Below are positions 36,099 through 44,417 of a DNA stretch of 64,000 nt, one piece after another (position 1 is the first letter of the stretch; every line of letters starts with the position of its first letter). The position numbers and the translations under genes were made by a program. A model generated the notes under the pieces. It was not told where the DNA came from. It was given only the letters and a program-made list of their open reading frames with translations, and searched no databases. This stretch comes from a virus, in IMG/VR virus record IMGVR_UViG_3300042566_001051, positions 11,126-75,125 of that record; one strand, written 5' to 3'.

Positions 36099-36382
36099 CG
36101 CGCCCCCAGTTTCTCAATGGTCAGCGCCAACAGATCGAGCTCGTTCAGTCGATAGGTGCGCTCAAACGCCTTCGCCCCCAGGCCATGAATGCCGGAAGCG
36201 CCCTGGTGATGCTCTGGGCACAGCGGAATCGTCAGGAAGTTGCTGGCGCGCTGACCCATGCCTTGCCCTTCCCGGATGTGATGAACATGGGCCGGCGTGG
36301 CGCCAAGGCCAAGGTGATGGCACAGAATGCAGCCAACCTCGGCGACTTTGCCCATATGGCGCTTCTCGGCGGCCGTGCTCAC
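36089..36382 (-). CDS. Ref-like (RecA-dependent) HNH nuclease
   Basis: GCILC...AHVHHIREG.G...TIPLCPEHHQG..GIH. Confidence 0.75.
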   Translation of the reverse strand: MSTAAEKRHMGKVAEVGCILCHHLGLGATPAHVHHIREGQGMGQRASNFLTIPLCPEHHQGASGIHGLGAKAFERTYRLNELDLLALTIEKLGARCR

Positions 36383-36855
36383 GAGTCGAACCTCATCAGC
36401 TCATCGACAACGCGCTCAACCTCAGACTCGGTCTCATACCCGGCATTGCGCAGCACTCGGTTCCAGACCACATTCAGCACGGCCCGGAAAACCTTCTCGA
36501 AACGATCCTCGGCCATGCTGGCAAAGGACAGGCTTTCCGCCTCAAGCCTCACCTCTCCGCGAGCGTTATAGACGGCCTTGTAGAAGCCAGCCAGGATGGT
36601 CATGTCCTTGCGGAACCGGTCAAAATCCTTGGATACCGCCTTGCCCTTGTAGGTCTGTGGCGTCTCAGGCTCCCAAACATCGAAGGCCAGCTTGAACAGG
36701 GCAAACGCCTTGCGGTGGAAGCGCACATTCCGGGCGCGCTTGATGGTGGCGCGGACACCTTGACCGGCTTTCAGCTTCTCCACCAACGCGCGGGCTTCCT
36801 CGTCTGCCGGCGCCAGGGCTCCGCCCGGGGTCTTGACCAGAACCAACTCAGTCAT
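36379..36855 (-). CDS. DUF1367-family protein
   Basis: RNVRFHRKAFAL...FDRFRK..TILAG...SLSFASM. Confidence 0.8.
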   Translation of the reverse strand: MTELVLVKTPGGALAPADEEARALVEKLKAGQGVRATIKRARNVRFHRKAFALFKLAFDVWEPETPQTYKGKAVSKDFDRFRKDMTILAGFYKAVYNARGEVRLEAESLSFASMAEDRFEKVFRAVLNVVWNRVLRNAGYETESEVERVVDELMRFDS

Positions 36856-37634
36856 GCAGCAGCCTTCCCCCGGTAGCTTTCCCAGTCGAAGACGATTGAC
36901 TCTCCGCCATCCTCGCGCAAACGGTCGAAAATGCGCTCACCAAGGAAGGCGCGAACATCGTCAAGCCCAAGGTTCGAAAGCATCAGCGTCGGGCGGCGCT
37001 TCTCATACCTCTCGTTCAGCACGTCGAACAGGATCAGCTTTTCGGTATCGCTTCCGAACTGGACGCCAACCTCATCCAGAATCAGCAGATCGGGGAAGAC
37101 CAGGGCGGCAATGGCGTCTGTCTCGCTCTCGCGGCTGTCACGGCTCCATGTGTCCTTTACCCTGCGAATGGCGCGCATCACCGTCGTGAAAAGAACGCTC
37201 CGGTTATCGCGCTGCATGATCTGCATGCCGATGCCGACGGCCAGGTGCGTCTTGCCAGTTCCGGGCTTTCCGAGAAACAGGGCGCTTCGCCCTGTCTTCA
37301 GCGCAGCATCGAAGTTATCGGCGTACCCCTTGGCGAATTCGAGTGCATTGCCCTGGGCGCCGGTCTTGACGACAAACCTGGACAGGCTTCGATCACGGAA
37401 CCGCTCAGGGATTCCAGCGTCGCCGATCTTGCGCTGCCACGCCTGCAAACGGCTCTCGCGCTCCCGCGTTTCAGCCTCGGAACGTTCTTTTGCGGCCGTC
37501 TCGGCGCCGCATGCCGGGCACCTCGACCAGATCGAGCCGATGAAGCACCGGCTTTCGTAGGCGCCGTGCGTTTCGCACACAGCGGGCTTGGTTTTCGGCT
37601 CGGCATGGAGCCCGATGTCAGCAATGGCCTTCAT
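36852..37634 (-). CDS. DnaC/IstB-like helicase loader ATPase
   Basis: GKPGTGKTHLA, LLILDEVG, RYEKRRPT; N-terminal Zn motif. Confidence 0.9.
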   Translation of the reverse strand: MKAIADIGLHAEPKTKPAVCETHGAYESRCFIGSIWSRCPACGAETAAKERSEAETRERESRLQAWQRKIGDAGIPERFRDRSLSRFVVKTGAQGNALEFAKGYADNFDAALKTGRSALFLGKPGTGKTHLAVGIGMQIMQRDNRSVLFTTVMRAIRRVKDTWSRDSRESETDAIAALVFPDLLILDEVGVQFGSDTEKLILFDVLNERYEKRRPTLMLSNLGLDDVRAFLGERIFDRLREDGGESIVFDWESYRGKAAA

Positions 37635-38512
37635 AGCCTTCCCCCAGTCCCGTAATTCACGTTGTCGAAGTTGTCTCGCGGCGGAATCTTGGCTGCCGGG
37701 CGCGCGCCCTTGGCCTGCCCGCTGGCGTTGGAGCGGCGAATCCAGTTGCGCCAGGTGGCCTCCCAGTCGGCCTTGCGCGCATCGGCTCCGGCCTTGCCGT
37801 GCCAGTGGTCAGCAAAGCAGGCGGCTTCACGGCGCACGTCGTCAGCAGTCAGGTCGTTGCGCTCGGCAAGCGCCCATTCTCCCCAAGCCTTCGGCAAAAC
37901 CCAGCCTTCAGGCAAACGAGTGCCGGTAGGCGAGGCCTTTGGTTTCGGCGTAGCCGGAGGCGGAGCATCGCCGTCCTGCGACGGCGCCAAAGCTTGTTCC
38001 TGTTCCTGCTTCTGTTCCTGCTTCTGTTCCTGCTTCTGTTCCTGCTTCTGGCTTGGCAGGGGCTTAGAAGGGGCTTCAGAGGGGCTATCGCATTCCCCGC
38101 TTTCAGGGAGGTGGTAGGCGTCGCGGTATTTCGCATAAAAGCCTTGTTTTATCGGGCCTTCAGGCAGGTTTTCATACTGCTTTTGGATGTCTTTGACGCG
38201 GTTGTCAGACGCCTTCAGCGAGTCACCGATCTGGAATTTCGCCATTTCGTGAATCCAGACCGTTTCGGAGTCCTCGTCATAGGTGCAAAAACCCCCTTCG
38301 ATCAGCTTTTTAAGCCCCTCATAAGCCCCTTCCAAGGGGCTTCCTGTCTCGTGAGAAATGTAGATAACAGGGCAGTTGAAGACCCCGATCATGTTTGAAT
38401 GGGGGCTTGTCATCAGATACAGGGCAACGATCTGTGTTTGCATGTCGCCACGCAAAGAGCGGCCCGTTTTTCCAGTCCAGAACTGGGCAGAAACCTTCGA
38501 ATAGTCACGCAT
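37631..38512 (-). CDS. Phage replication initiator
   Basis: MRDYSKVSAQFW...LYLMTSPHSNMIG; QKQE linker; C-terminal F.DHW...K.DWEATWRNWIRR. Confidence 0.85.
   Translation of the reverse strand: MRDYSKVSAQFWTGKTGRSLRGDMQTQIVALYLMTSPHSNMIGVFNCPVIYISHETGSPLEGAYEGLKKLIEGGFCTYDEDSETVWIHEMAKFQIGDSLKASDNRVKDIQKQYENLPEGPIKQGFYAKYRDAYHLPESGECDSPSEAPSKPLPSQKQEQKQEQKQEQKQEQEQALAPSQDGDAPPPATPKPKASPTGTRLPEGWVLPKAWGEWALAERNDLTADDVRREAACFADHWHGKAGADARKADWEATWRNWIRRSNASGQAKGARPAAKIPPRDNFDNVNYGTGGRL
38001..38050. repeat. 12-bp tandem repeat TGTTCCTGCTTC x4 (encodes the QKQE linker)
   Basis: Read directly. Confidence 0.9.
38058..38341. repeat. AGGGGCT repeats (candidate origin iterons) inside the rep gene
   Basis: Copies at 38058, 38069, 38080; inverted at 38313, 38324; direct at 38335; 11-bp spacing. 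Confidence 0.6.
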
Positions 38513-38765
38513 TCTTGGCGCCCTTCCTCGTGTTGCAGACGGTGCATAGAACGCGCAAATTCGACCTGTCGTTTGTTCCACCATTGGACTTTGGAACAAT
38601 GTGATCGATGCTCAGATACACGCCTTCGGCGTGCGTGTAGTAGCCGTAGCCGCCCCTTGGAAACCGCTTCTCGAAGCCAGGAACTCCGCATGACGCGCAC
38701 TTGAGCCCATCCTCGCGGAAAACACGCCTCCTGAGTGATGTCGGGACGCCAGAACCGTTAGGCAT
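38505..38765 (-). CDS. Small HNH endonuclease
   Basis: CASCG...LSIDHIVPKSNGGTNDRSNLRVLCTVCNTRKG. Confidence 0.85.
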   Translation of the reverse strand: MPNGSGVPTSLRRRVFREDGLKCASCGVPGFEKRFPRGGYGYYTHAEGVYLSIDHIVPKSNGGTNDRSNLRVLCTVCNTRKGAKNA

Positions 38766-38807
38766 AGCTCCCCCTTGTTGATCTGTTTTTCATGTTTTCT
38801 CCATCGC

Positions 38808-39053
38808 CTACTGAATCAGGGTGGCTTGCATTGCCGCCTCTTTGTTCTTCGCGTCCAGCTTGTACCGCGCAACCCGGCATTCCTCCCCGAAGCGGTTGTT
38901 CACCGCAACCAGTTCCCGGACGATTTCATGGCCCTGGGCCTTCAGATCGAAAACGCGAGCGCCAAGGCGGTAAATGCCAAGTTCGCTCCAGGCTTCCATC
39001 GGGGTGATTGGCCCGCGCTTCAGGCGGGCAAGGAGGCGGTCGCACTGGCTCAT
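38808..39053 (-). CDS. Winged-HTH protein
   Basis: SQCDRLLARL..GPITPMEA...GIYRLGARVFDLK..G. Confidence 0.75.
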   Translation of the reverse strand: MSQCDRLLARLKRGPITPMEAWSELGIYRLGARVFDLKAQGHEIVRELVAVNNRFGEECRVARYKLDAKNKEAAMQATLIQ

Positions 39054-39057
39054 GGCG

Positions 39058-39519
39058 TTACCCGCGAATGGCTTGCAACAGTTCGCCGGTCGCCTTCATG
39101 AGAGACAGCAACATTGGTTCGAGCATCTTTCGCTCGTCCGGGTCAAAGCGACCATCCTTGGCGGCGTCACTGCCCTTGCCAAGAACGTCGCCGACGGTGT
39201 GCATCAGCGTCAGGAACAGCCGGACGGCTTCCGCCGGAGAGCGCTGCTCAAGCTCAAAATCCATCGGAACCTGTCCGACAAGCTGGGCCAGGGCGAACAC
39301 TGAGCGCTTGGCCTGAGCCAATACGACTATCTCCAAGATGGCAGAAAACGATGGTGGCGGCGCATCATGGTCGGGGTTGATGCCGTTCGATAGCGTGTTG
39401 CCATTCACCCCCATGACTTCGGCGATGGCCTTCACGCCGCCTGGGTATTCCTTTGAATCGGCCTGAAGCGCCAGGAAGAGCGCCCGATGTGTCTGCTTGG
39501 TCGGTCTTGTATGTCTCAT
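39058..39519 (-). CDS. cII: CII-family phage regulatory protein
   Basis: YPGGVKAIAEVMGV...LSNGINPD; DGRFD..E; position after cro. Confidence 0.7.
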   Translation of the reverse strand: MRHTRPTKQTHRALFLALQADSKEYPGGVKAIAEVMGVNGNTLSNGINPDHDAPPPSFSAILEIVVLAQAKRSVFALAQLVGQVPMDFELEQRSPAEAVRLFLTLMHTVGDVLGKGSDAAKDGRFDPDERKMLEPMLLSLMKATGELLQAIRG

Positions 39520-39583
39520 GACGAATGCCTTTCAAAAGTCGCCTATCGCCGAACCGGCGCCGGGCAGATACTTGTTTCACGCC

Positions 39584-39618
39584 AAAAAAATGGCGCCAGG
39601 CCGGAGAGGCCCAGCGCC
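39584..39618 (-). terminator. tR1-like terminator between cro and cII
   Basis: GC-rich imperfect hairpin followed by T7 on the minus strand. Confidence 0.5.
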
Positions 39619-39655
39619 GCAAACCGCCTAATGGCGATGGAGGAAAAGGAAATGG

Positions 39656-39889
39656 TCATACCGATGTCTCGCCAGACCCGCCTTCTGCGACATAGATGTC
39701 GTCAAAGGACACCGAGACACCACGCTCCTGGGCAGCCGCGATGATGCGGCGCGCCACGTCGGGAGAAACGTCCTGGCGCTGGCACTCGTAGTGGCTGATG
39801 TTGCCCTGCGATACGCCGATAGCCTCGGCGAATGACGCCTGAGACAGCCCAAGTCGCTCCCGAACTTGCTTGATGTTGTTCGTTCTCAT
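39656..39889 (-). CDS. cro: Cro-like HTH repressor
   Basis: IKQVRERLGLSQASFAEAIGVSQGNISHYE; divergent from cI. Confidence 0.85.
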   Translation of the reverse strand: MRTNNIKQVRERLGLSQASFAEAIGVSQGNISHYECQRQDVSPDVARRIIAAAQERGVSVSFDDIYVAEGGSGETSV

Positions 39890-39895
39890 GCCGCG

Positions 39896-39937
39896 ATATT
39901 AGTCGGACTGTTGCGCCTCGTCAATAGTCGGACTGTT
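39896..39937 (-). promoter_or_regulatory. PR-like promoter with two operators
   Basis: TTGACG-N17-TAATAT; TAGTCGGACTGTT at 39900 and 39925. Confidence 0.85.
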
Positions 39938-39971
39938 TTGTAATTATTAGCCTGCGTAATAACCTACTGAC

Positions 39972-40865
39972 ATGCCAGCCAAACCACTCACGCCAGAGCA
40001 ACAGGGTGACGCACAGCGCCTCATGGCCATCTTCGAAGAGCACAAGACCAAGCACGGCCTGACGCAGGCAACGCTTGCGGATGACCTTGGCTACTCGGTG
40101 CAAAGCTCTGTCAGCCAGTACCTGAAAGGAAAAATCCCGCTGAACGTTGAAGCGGCGGTGAAATTTGCAGGCCGTTTCGGGTGCGCAGTTTCTGAGTTCA
40201 GTCCATCAATTCAAAAAGAAATTGACAGGATTGCCGGTTTTTCAACCAAGTCAGGAGACGCAGGGAGGCGCAAATTGACTGATTTTGAGAAAGAAAAAGA
40301 AAACGCAACCAAACTAAATCAGCAAATTGAAAATGATCGCCGCGCCATTGATGAGTATCTTGTGGCCGGCATGCCGGACGCTAAATTGATAGATGGTGAA
40401 TTTAGCGTTGTTTCGGCGAACGATGATTTTGTTAGGTTTGAAATCTACGACGTGAGAATGTCAGCAGGGCCTGGCGCAGAGCAGGTAGCTCACCCTGATA
40501 TGGTTGAGTACCTACCGGTTTTGAAAGAATGGGCGAACGAGAACCTTGGCACTACCGATCACAATCGGATAAAGCTGGTAACGTGCTCAGGGGTAAGCAT
40601 GCAGCCAACAATTGACGACGGATCGCTGATGTTTGTTGATGTCACTGTCAAAAACTACCGTGGCGACGGGCTGTATTGCCTTGCATTTAGAGACGGGCTG
40701 ATCGTGAAAAGGCTGGTTGCCGACGTGAAAAGCCGTCGAATTCGCCTTGTCTCGGACAACCCTGATAAGACGAATTATCAAGATCAAATCATTGAGCCTG
40801 ACGAAGAGGATAGACTCACGATTATTGGTCAGGTGAAGAGGTGGTTCAAAACATGCAAGCCATGA
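39972..40865 (+). CDS. cI: CI-like repressor (HTH plus S24 autopeptidase)
   Basis: LTQATLADDLGY..QSSVSQYLKG; SAGPG cleavage site; GVSMQP, IVKRL, SDNP. Confidence 0.92.
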   Translation: MPAKPLTPEQQGDAQRLMAIFEEHKTKHGLTQATLADDLGYSVQSSVSQYLKGKIPLNVEAAVKFAGRFGCAVSEFSPSIQKEIDRIAGFSTKSGDAGRRKLTDFEKEKENATKLNQQIENDRRAIDEYLVAGMPDAKLIDGEFSVVSANDDFVRFEIYDVRMSAGPGAEQVAHPDMVEYLPVLKEWANENLGTTDHNRIKLVTCSGVSMQPTIDDGSLMFVDVTVKNYRGDGLYCLAFRDGLIVKRLVADVKSRRIRLVSDNPDKTNYQDQIIEPDEEDRLTIIGQVKRWFKTCKP

Positions 40866-41620
40866 AAATAGCTGGTTTTTTGGCATTGATAACGGCAGCC
40901 GTCCCGTCGGTTGCTTTTGCCGATATTGGCGGCACATATTCAAAGAAAAACTCTATTGCTGAAATAAAGCAGCAGGGAAAATCTGTTGAGTTCTCAATCA
41001 ATTCGTCAGCCAACCAAGGCGCCTGCGAATTAGAGGGTGTGGCGGCGATGATCGACGAAAACCGTGCCGCCTACACATCGGGAGAAGGTTCCGACAAATG
41101 CGTTGCCGTACTTAATTTTTCAGGCGGTCAGCTTGTCGTGACAACCAAGGGGTGCGAAGGCTATTGCGGATTGAATGCGGCCGGATCAATGGACGGAACA
41201 TACAAGACGAGCAAGGGCGCAAATTCGGCGCCTCAAGGGGCCCTCGTGAGTGACGATAAGGCTTTTGCTATCGCTGGAGATATGTACAAGGCGTACCGAT
41301 ATGGCGGAGCAAGCGAGATGCTTGCAATTGAGAATTCATGCTGGAGCGCCCTTCACAAGCAAGGCAAGAAGAACGAGGCTGGCGCCGCCTCTTGTTCGGT
41401 TGCTGGGCTTTCAGGCGCCTTCGTAGAAGGAACCATTGCCAGAAGCCAGCGCAGGTCTCCAACCCCGATCTACAGCGGTGATGGGGTAAGAGGGAGAATA
41501 CTGAAGAACATGGCTAAGGCTGGAATCGACGAGGCCCAGGCGCAACAGATTCTCGAAACATCGGTTCAGACAAAGCAAGGATCGATACTCTCCGGGCTAT
41601 CAGCCGCTGGGATGCGGTAA
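40862..41620 (+). CDS. Secreted/periplasmic protein co-transcribed with cI
   Basis: Signal peptide MKIAGFLALITAAVPSVAFA; six Cys; ATGA overlap with the cI stop. Confidence 0.7.
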   Translation: MKIAGFLALITAAVPSVAFADIGGTYSKKNSIAEIKQQGKSVEFSINSSANQGACELEGVAAMIDENRAAYTSGEGSDKCVAVLNFSGGQLVVTTKGCEGYCGLNAAGSMDGTYKTSKGANSAPQGALVSDDKAFAIAGDMYKAYRYGGASEMLAIENSCWSALHKQGKKNEAGAASCSVAGLSGAFVEGTIARSQRRSPTPIYSGDGVRGRILKNMAKAGIDEAQAQQILETSVQTKQGSILSGLSAAGMR

Positions 41621-41643
41621 CAGAACGTAGCGAACAAACAACG

Positions 41644-41668
41644 ACCCACCAATCGGTGGGTTTTTTTT
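41644..41668 (+). terminator. Intrinsic terminator of the cI operon
   Basis: ACCCACC-aatc-GGTGGGT followed by a T run. Confidence 0.85.
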
Positions 41669-41680
41669 GGCCTAAATAAT

Positions 41681-41720
41681 TAGTCGGACTGTTGACAGCA
41701 TGAAACAGTCCGACTAATAT
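41681..41720 (+). promoter_or_regulatory. PL-like promoter with two operators
   Basis: TTGACA-N17-TAATAT; TAGTCGGACTGTT at 41681 and inverted copy at 41704. Confidence 0.88.
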
Positions 41721-42328
41721 CCAGTCTCAGAAACAAGCAACGTCAGGCAACGCCCGGCGGCGCAACGCTCCTTAACAACACGTTGGATGAATAGAGGCTA
41801 GGCCCGCAAGGGCGACAACCTCCTGCGCCGTGGCGCGTGCCGCAGAAGTAAAAGCACGCGAAATCCGAGGCTCCCTGGGGGAGTGGCCCGTGGGGCTGCG
41901 ATGAAACCAAAGACTCGGTCGAAAGACGCCCATCCGGAGGTGGCGAGGTAACACCGGGCACCAAAGCGGCTTTTAACAAGGCTGCTTTGGCGGCTGACCA
42001 GAGGGCCGACACAAATTCTCTGGAGGTCTGGCGGTTTCCAAAACTAACGCCCGAAGCATGAGAGCAAGCCGGAAGGACAGACCCTGGAATTCGTAGGCCA
42101 GCCGCAGAAGTCATGCGGTGAAACGCTGACGAACCGCGATCTACAGACGCAATCAGGAACCACCTTCCGCCGGTGCTCGCATTCGACACATGCCGCAACG
42201 ATGGACGAAAGATTCGTGACAGCCCGGAGAGACGGGCACTAATCCCCCCCCAACGTAGCCGGAAACGTCCTCCCTTCCTCGCGCCCGCCGAGGCTTCCGG
42301 CAGCGGGCACTTTTACAAGGAGGCAACC

Positions 42329-42589
42329 ATGCCGCAAGCAATCGATTACGGAGTCATGTCGGACGATGAGCAAGTAGGCCGCTTGTCTCCGAAAGACTTG
42401 GAAATGTGCGGGGTGGCGATGAAGCCATTCCGCGTCAAGGTCTATCGCCGCACGCCGGCAGGCCGTCAGGTTGAGCGAATCGGCGTTCTGGCTACATCGG
42501 GCTGCGATGCAATCCTCCGCGCCTTCGAGATTTTCGGCGACGGCGACGCAGTAGGCGCTTTCGCACAACCAGCCGGGAGCGTGCAATGA
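42329..42589 (+). CDS. Hypothetical early protein
   Basis: AAGGAGG RBS, 86 aa. Confidence 0.6.
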   Translation: MPQAIDYGVMSDDEQVGRLSPKDLEMCGVAMKPFRVKVYRRTPAGRQVERIGVLATSGCDAILRAFEIFGDGDAVGAFAQPAGSVQ

Positions 42590-42671
42590 AAAAGCTCCTA
42601 TCTGATTTTCTGTACTACCTCAAACGCGGGCATTCGATTCAAAACGCCTGGCGCCTTGCGAGGCTGACTCT

Positions 42672-42908
42672 ATGAGCCGCACCGCGATTCATTTCCTCTG
42701 GCTGTTCGCCCTGGTCAATGCCGGGCCGGCGCTATACCTGATTGGCCGCAGCGATGGCAAAGAGGTTGCACAGCGCAGTTGCCCGCCTGCCCAGCAAGGC
42801 GAAAAGCTCTTGAGTACCGTTCAAAACCTGGACGGAACAGTCTGGTGCTCCTACGCGGAAAGCGGAACCGGATACGGACGAGCGATCACCCGAAGGAAGG
42901 CGTCATGA
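42672..42908 (+). CDS. Hypothetical membrane protein
   Basis: N-terminal hydrophobic helix; coupled ORF chain. Confidence 0.5.
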   Translation: MSRTAIHFLWLFALVNAGPALYLIGRSDGKEVAQRSCPPAQQGEKLLSTVQNLDGTVWCSYAESGTGYGRAITRRKAS

Positions 42909-43105
42909 GCCCATGTCAGTGCGCAGCCTATCCATTCCCTCATCGGCCAGATGGCGGCAAATGCATCAACCCCGGCACAGAACCGCGCTCATGCGGCGAT
43001 TGCCATTACAGCCAGCGGCTTGTTGATCCCTACGGAACCGGCGACCGCTGGTATTCGATCACCGAGTGCACGGCAGACGACGGATGCCCTTGGGGCAAAG
43101 ACTGA
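42905..43105 (+). CDS. Small Cys-rich hypothetical protein
   Basis: CQCAAYPFPHR...C. Confidence 0.5.
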   Translation: MSPCQCAAYPFPHRPDGGKCINPGTEPRSCGDCHYSQRLVDPYGTGDRWYSITECTADDGCPWGKD

Positions 43106-43115
43106 AAGGAAGACC

Positions 43116-43913
43116 ATGAAGGAAATCATCACCATCCGGGCAAGCAGCTTGTCCGATCTGATGGACTGCCCGGCGCGCTGGGCGGCCAAGCACATCGACA
43201 AGAAATGGATGCCGACATCAGCCGCCGCGCAGCTTGGCACGGCCGTTCATGCCGGCGCCGAAGCATTCGACAAGGCCATCTTGTCAGGCAGCCAGATCAC
43301 GATTGACGACGCCGCTGGCGCCGTGGTCGATGCGATCAACAAGCCAGACGAGGAAGTCGATTGGAGCGAGCAGGCGCCAAGCGAGGCAGAACGCATCGCC
43401 CTGTCTCTGCACGTCAAGTATTGCTCCGAGATTGCGCCAGCGCAGATTTACACCGGAATCGAGGTTATGTGCGAGCGGCTGGAAATCTCCGATCTTGGGA
43501 TTGCGCTGACCGGAACCACAGACCGCATTCGCCAAACCGCCGAAGGGCTTGGCGTTGCCGACCTGAAGACCGGAAAGACCGCCGTCGGCTCCGATGGCGT
43601 GGCGGCAACTGGTAAGCACGCCTTACAGATTGGCGTCTATGAGCTTCTGGCCGAGCATTCCACCGGCCAGCAGATCACGGCTCCCGGCCAGATCATCGGC
43701 ATGAACACGGCCAAGACGCCGGCCTCTCAGCGAATCGGAACCGGCGAAGTGCGCAATGCGAAATCGCTGCTGATTGGCTCAGAGGGCAGTCCGGGTGCGC
43801 TGGAAATCGCGTCGAAGATCATCCACAGCGGCATGTTCTACGGCAACGCAAGAAGCCAGCTATGCACGCCGAAGTTCTGCCCGATCTACGGGGCATGCAA
43901 GTGGAGGGGTTGA
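43116..43913 (+). CDS. PD-(D/E)xK exonuclease (RecE-like partner of RecT)
   Basis: RASSL..CPARW, GTAVH, LTGTTD, ADLKTG, Q...Y, C-terminal Cys cluster. Confidence 0.85.
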   Translation: MKEIITIRASSLSDLMDCPARWAAKHIDKKWMPTSAAAQLGTAVHAGAEAFDKAILSGSQITIDDAAGAVVDAINKPDEEVDWSEQAPSEAERIALSLHVKYCSEIAPAQIYTGIEVMCERLEISDLGIALTGTTDRIRQTAEGLGVADLKTGKTAVGSDGVAATGKHALQIGVYELLAEHSTGQQITAPGQIIGMNTAKTPASQRIGTGEVRNAKSLLIGSEGSPGALEIASKIIHSGMFYGNARSQLCTPKFCPIYGACKWRG

Positions 43914-43914
43914 C

Positions 43915-44403
43915 ATGGCCCGCCCTGCAATCGAAATCAACACGGCAGCAATCGCCTGCATGTACTCAGCAGGCAAGCCGGCGTGCGAGATAGCGGAAGA
44001 AATTGGCGTTTCGACGCAAACCGTTCTCCGCCGGCTGAAGGCCGCCGGGATGCACGTCAAGCCGCAGGGCGAGCGAATGCGCGGGACGACTTCAAAGCCA
44101 GAATTCGTTGGCCCTGCCCTGCCGCGAGGCGCCCGCAACTCGATCAACAAGCTGGGTTCTTCCGGTTTGAGCAGTCAAGGCTATGTCCGCATCAACACCG
44201 GTTCGCGCAAGCGCCAATACGAGCATGTCCTGAAAGCAGAAAAGGCGCTTGGGCGGCGCCTAAAACCCGGCGAGGTCGTGCATCACATCAACTGCGACCG
44301 AACCGATAACCGAAGTGAAAACCTGCTTGTGTGCTCGCACAAGTACCACCTCCAACTCCACGCCAGGATGCGTCGCAACGACTACTGGCGCCAATTCAAC
44401 TGA
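43915..44403 (+). CDS. HTH-HNH homing endonuclease
   Basis: EHVLKAEKALGRRLKPGEVVHHINCDRTDNRSENL; N-terminal HTH. Confidence 0.85.
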   Translation: MARPAIEINTAAIACMYSAGKPACEIAEEIGVSTQTVLRRLKAAGMHVKPQGERMRGTTSKPEFVGPALPRGARNSINKLGSSGLSSQGYVRINTGSRKRQYEHVLKAEKALGRRLKPGEVVHHINCDRTDNRSENLLVCSHKYHLQLHARMRRNDYWRQFN

Positions 44404-44417
44404 AAGGACGGCCCAAC

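Noticed and set aside
41884-41962. Hammerhead-like sequence (GCGATGAAACC...GGTCGAAAG)
   Set aside because: Core lacks CUGANGA and stems I and III do not pair cleanly; needs a covariance model search
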